A stretch of 64,000 nucleotides of DNA, taken from the human T2T-CHM13v2.0 reference genome, Homo sapiens. Where the stretch lies: assembly GCF_009914755.1 (NCBI RefSeq), contig NC_060936.1; one strand, given 5' to 3'. Under the pieces are notes generated by a model. It was not told the origin of the DNA. It saw nothing but the letters and a program-made list of their open reading frames with translations, and did not search any database. Positions 61,273-64,000 of the stretch are shown piece after piece. Numbering within the stretch: the stretch's first letter is position 1; every line of letters starts with the position of its first letter. The translations under genes were made by a program, and so were the position numbers.

Positions 61273-61375
61273 ACTACTTCTCCCCCGGACTCCTTGGTAG
61301 TCTGTTAGTGGGAGATCCTTGTTGCCGTCCCTTCGCCTCCTTCACCGCCGCAGACCCCTTCAAGTTCTAGTCATG
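61273..61375 (+). other. TUBA1C: TUBA1C canonical exon 1 (5' UTR plus ATG)
   Basis: Recognised 5' UTR ..CTTCGCCTCCTTCACCGCCGCAGACCCCTTCAAGTTCTAGTCATG; starts ~30 nt after the TATA box. Confidence 0.9.
61373..61375 (+). CDS. TUBA1C: Tubulin alpha-1C chain, initiator codon only (rest of CDS lies beyond the window)
   Basis: GTC ATG|GTGAGT; vertebrate alpha-tubulin genes have intron 1 directly after the ATG. Confidence 0.9.

Positions 61376-64000
<2,625 letters not shown>

Noticed and set aside
60538-61274. Minus-strand ORFs with (EEG)n or (RKG)n repeats
   Set aside because: Products of the 9-bp VNTR and stop-poor CpG-island sequence; the listed starts are not ATG

Overview
Primate (almost certainly human) genomic DNA from the alpha-tubulin cluster at 12q13.12, recognised from the TUBA1C 5' UTR and its ATG-only first coding exon at ~61.3 kb. 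Roughly 100 Alu copies (by-eye count) make up about half of the window, with older L1, L2, MIR, LTR (MSTB, MLT1, LTR16, MER21) and DNA-transposon (Tigger3, MER63) relics. Nearly all ORFs in the supplied track are Alu artefacts. Non-repeat content: (1) the TUBA1C TATA/CCAAT/GC-box CpG-island promoter with an upstream 9-bp VNTR and an intron-1 ARE/AP-1 site; (2) an alternative upstream TUBA1C exon at 24.1-24.35 kb encoding a 71-aa N-terminal extension that would replace Met1 of the MREC autoregulation signal; (3) splice and polyA signals outlining a divergent antisense spliced transcript (60.9 kb -> 57.6 kb -> 30.25-29.0 kb); (4) an orphan CpG island at 30.7-31.6 kb with two opposed CTCF motifs; (5) a tailless U2 snRNA retrocopy inside an Alu and a perfect 75-bp tandem duplication. 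There is no sign of a prokaryote-type novel system. Repeat subfamily names come from recalled consensus sequences and boundaries are approximate.
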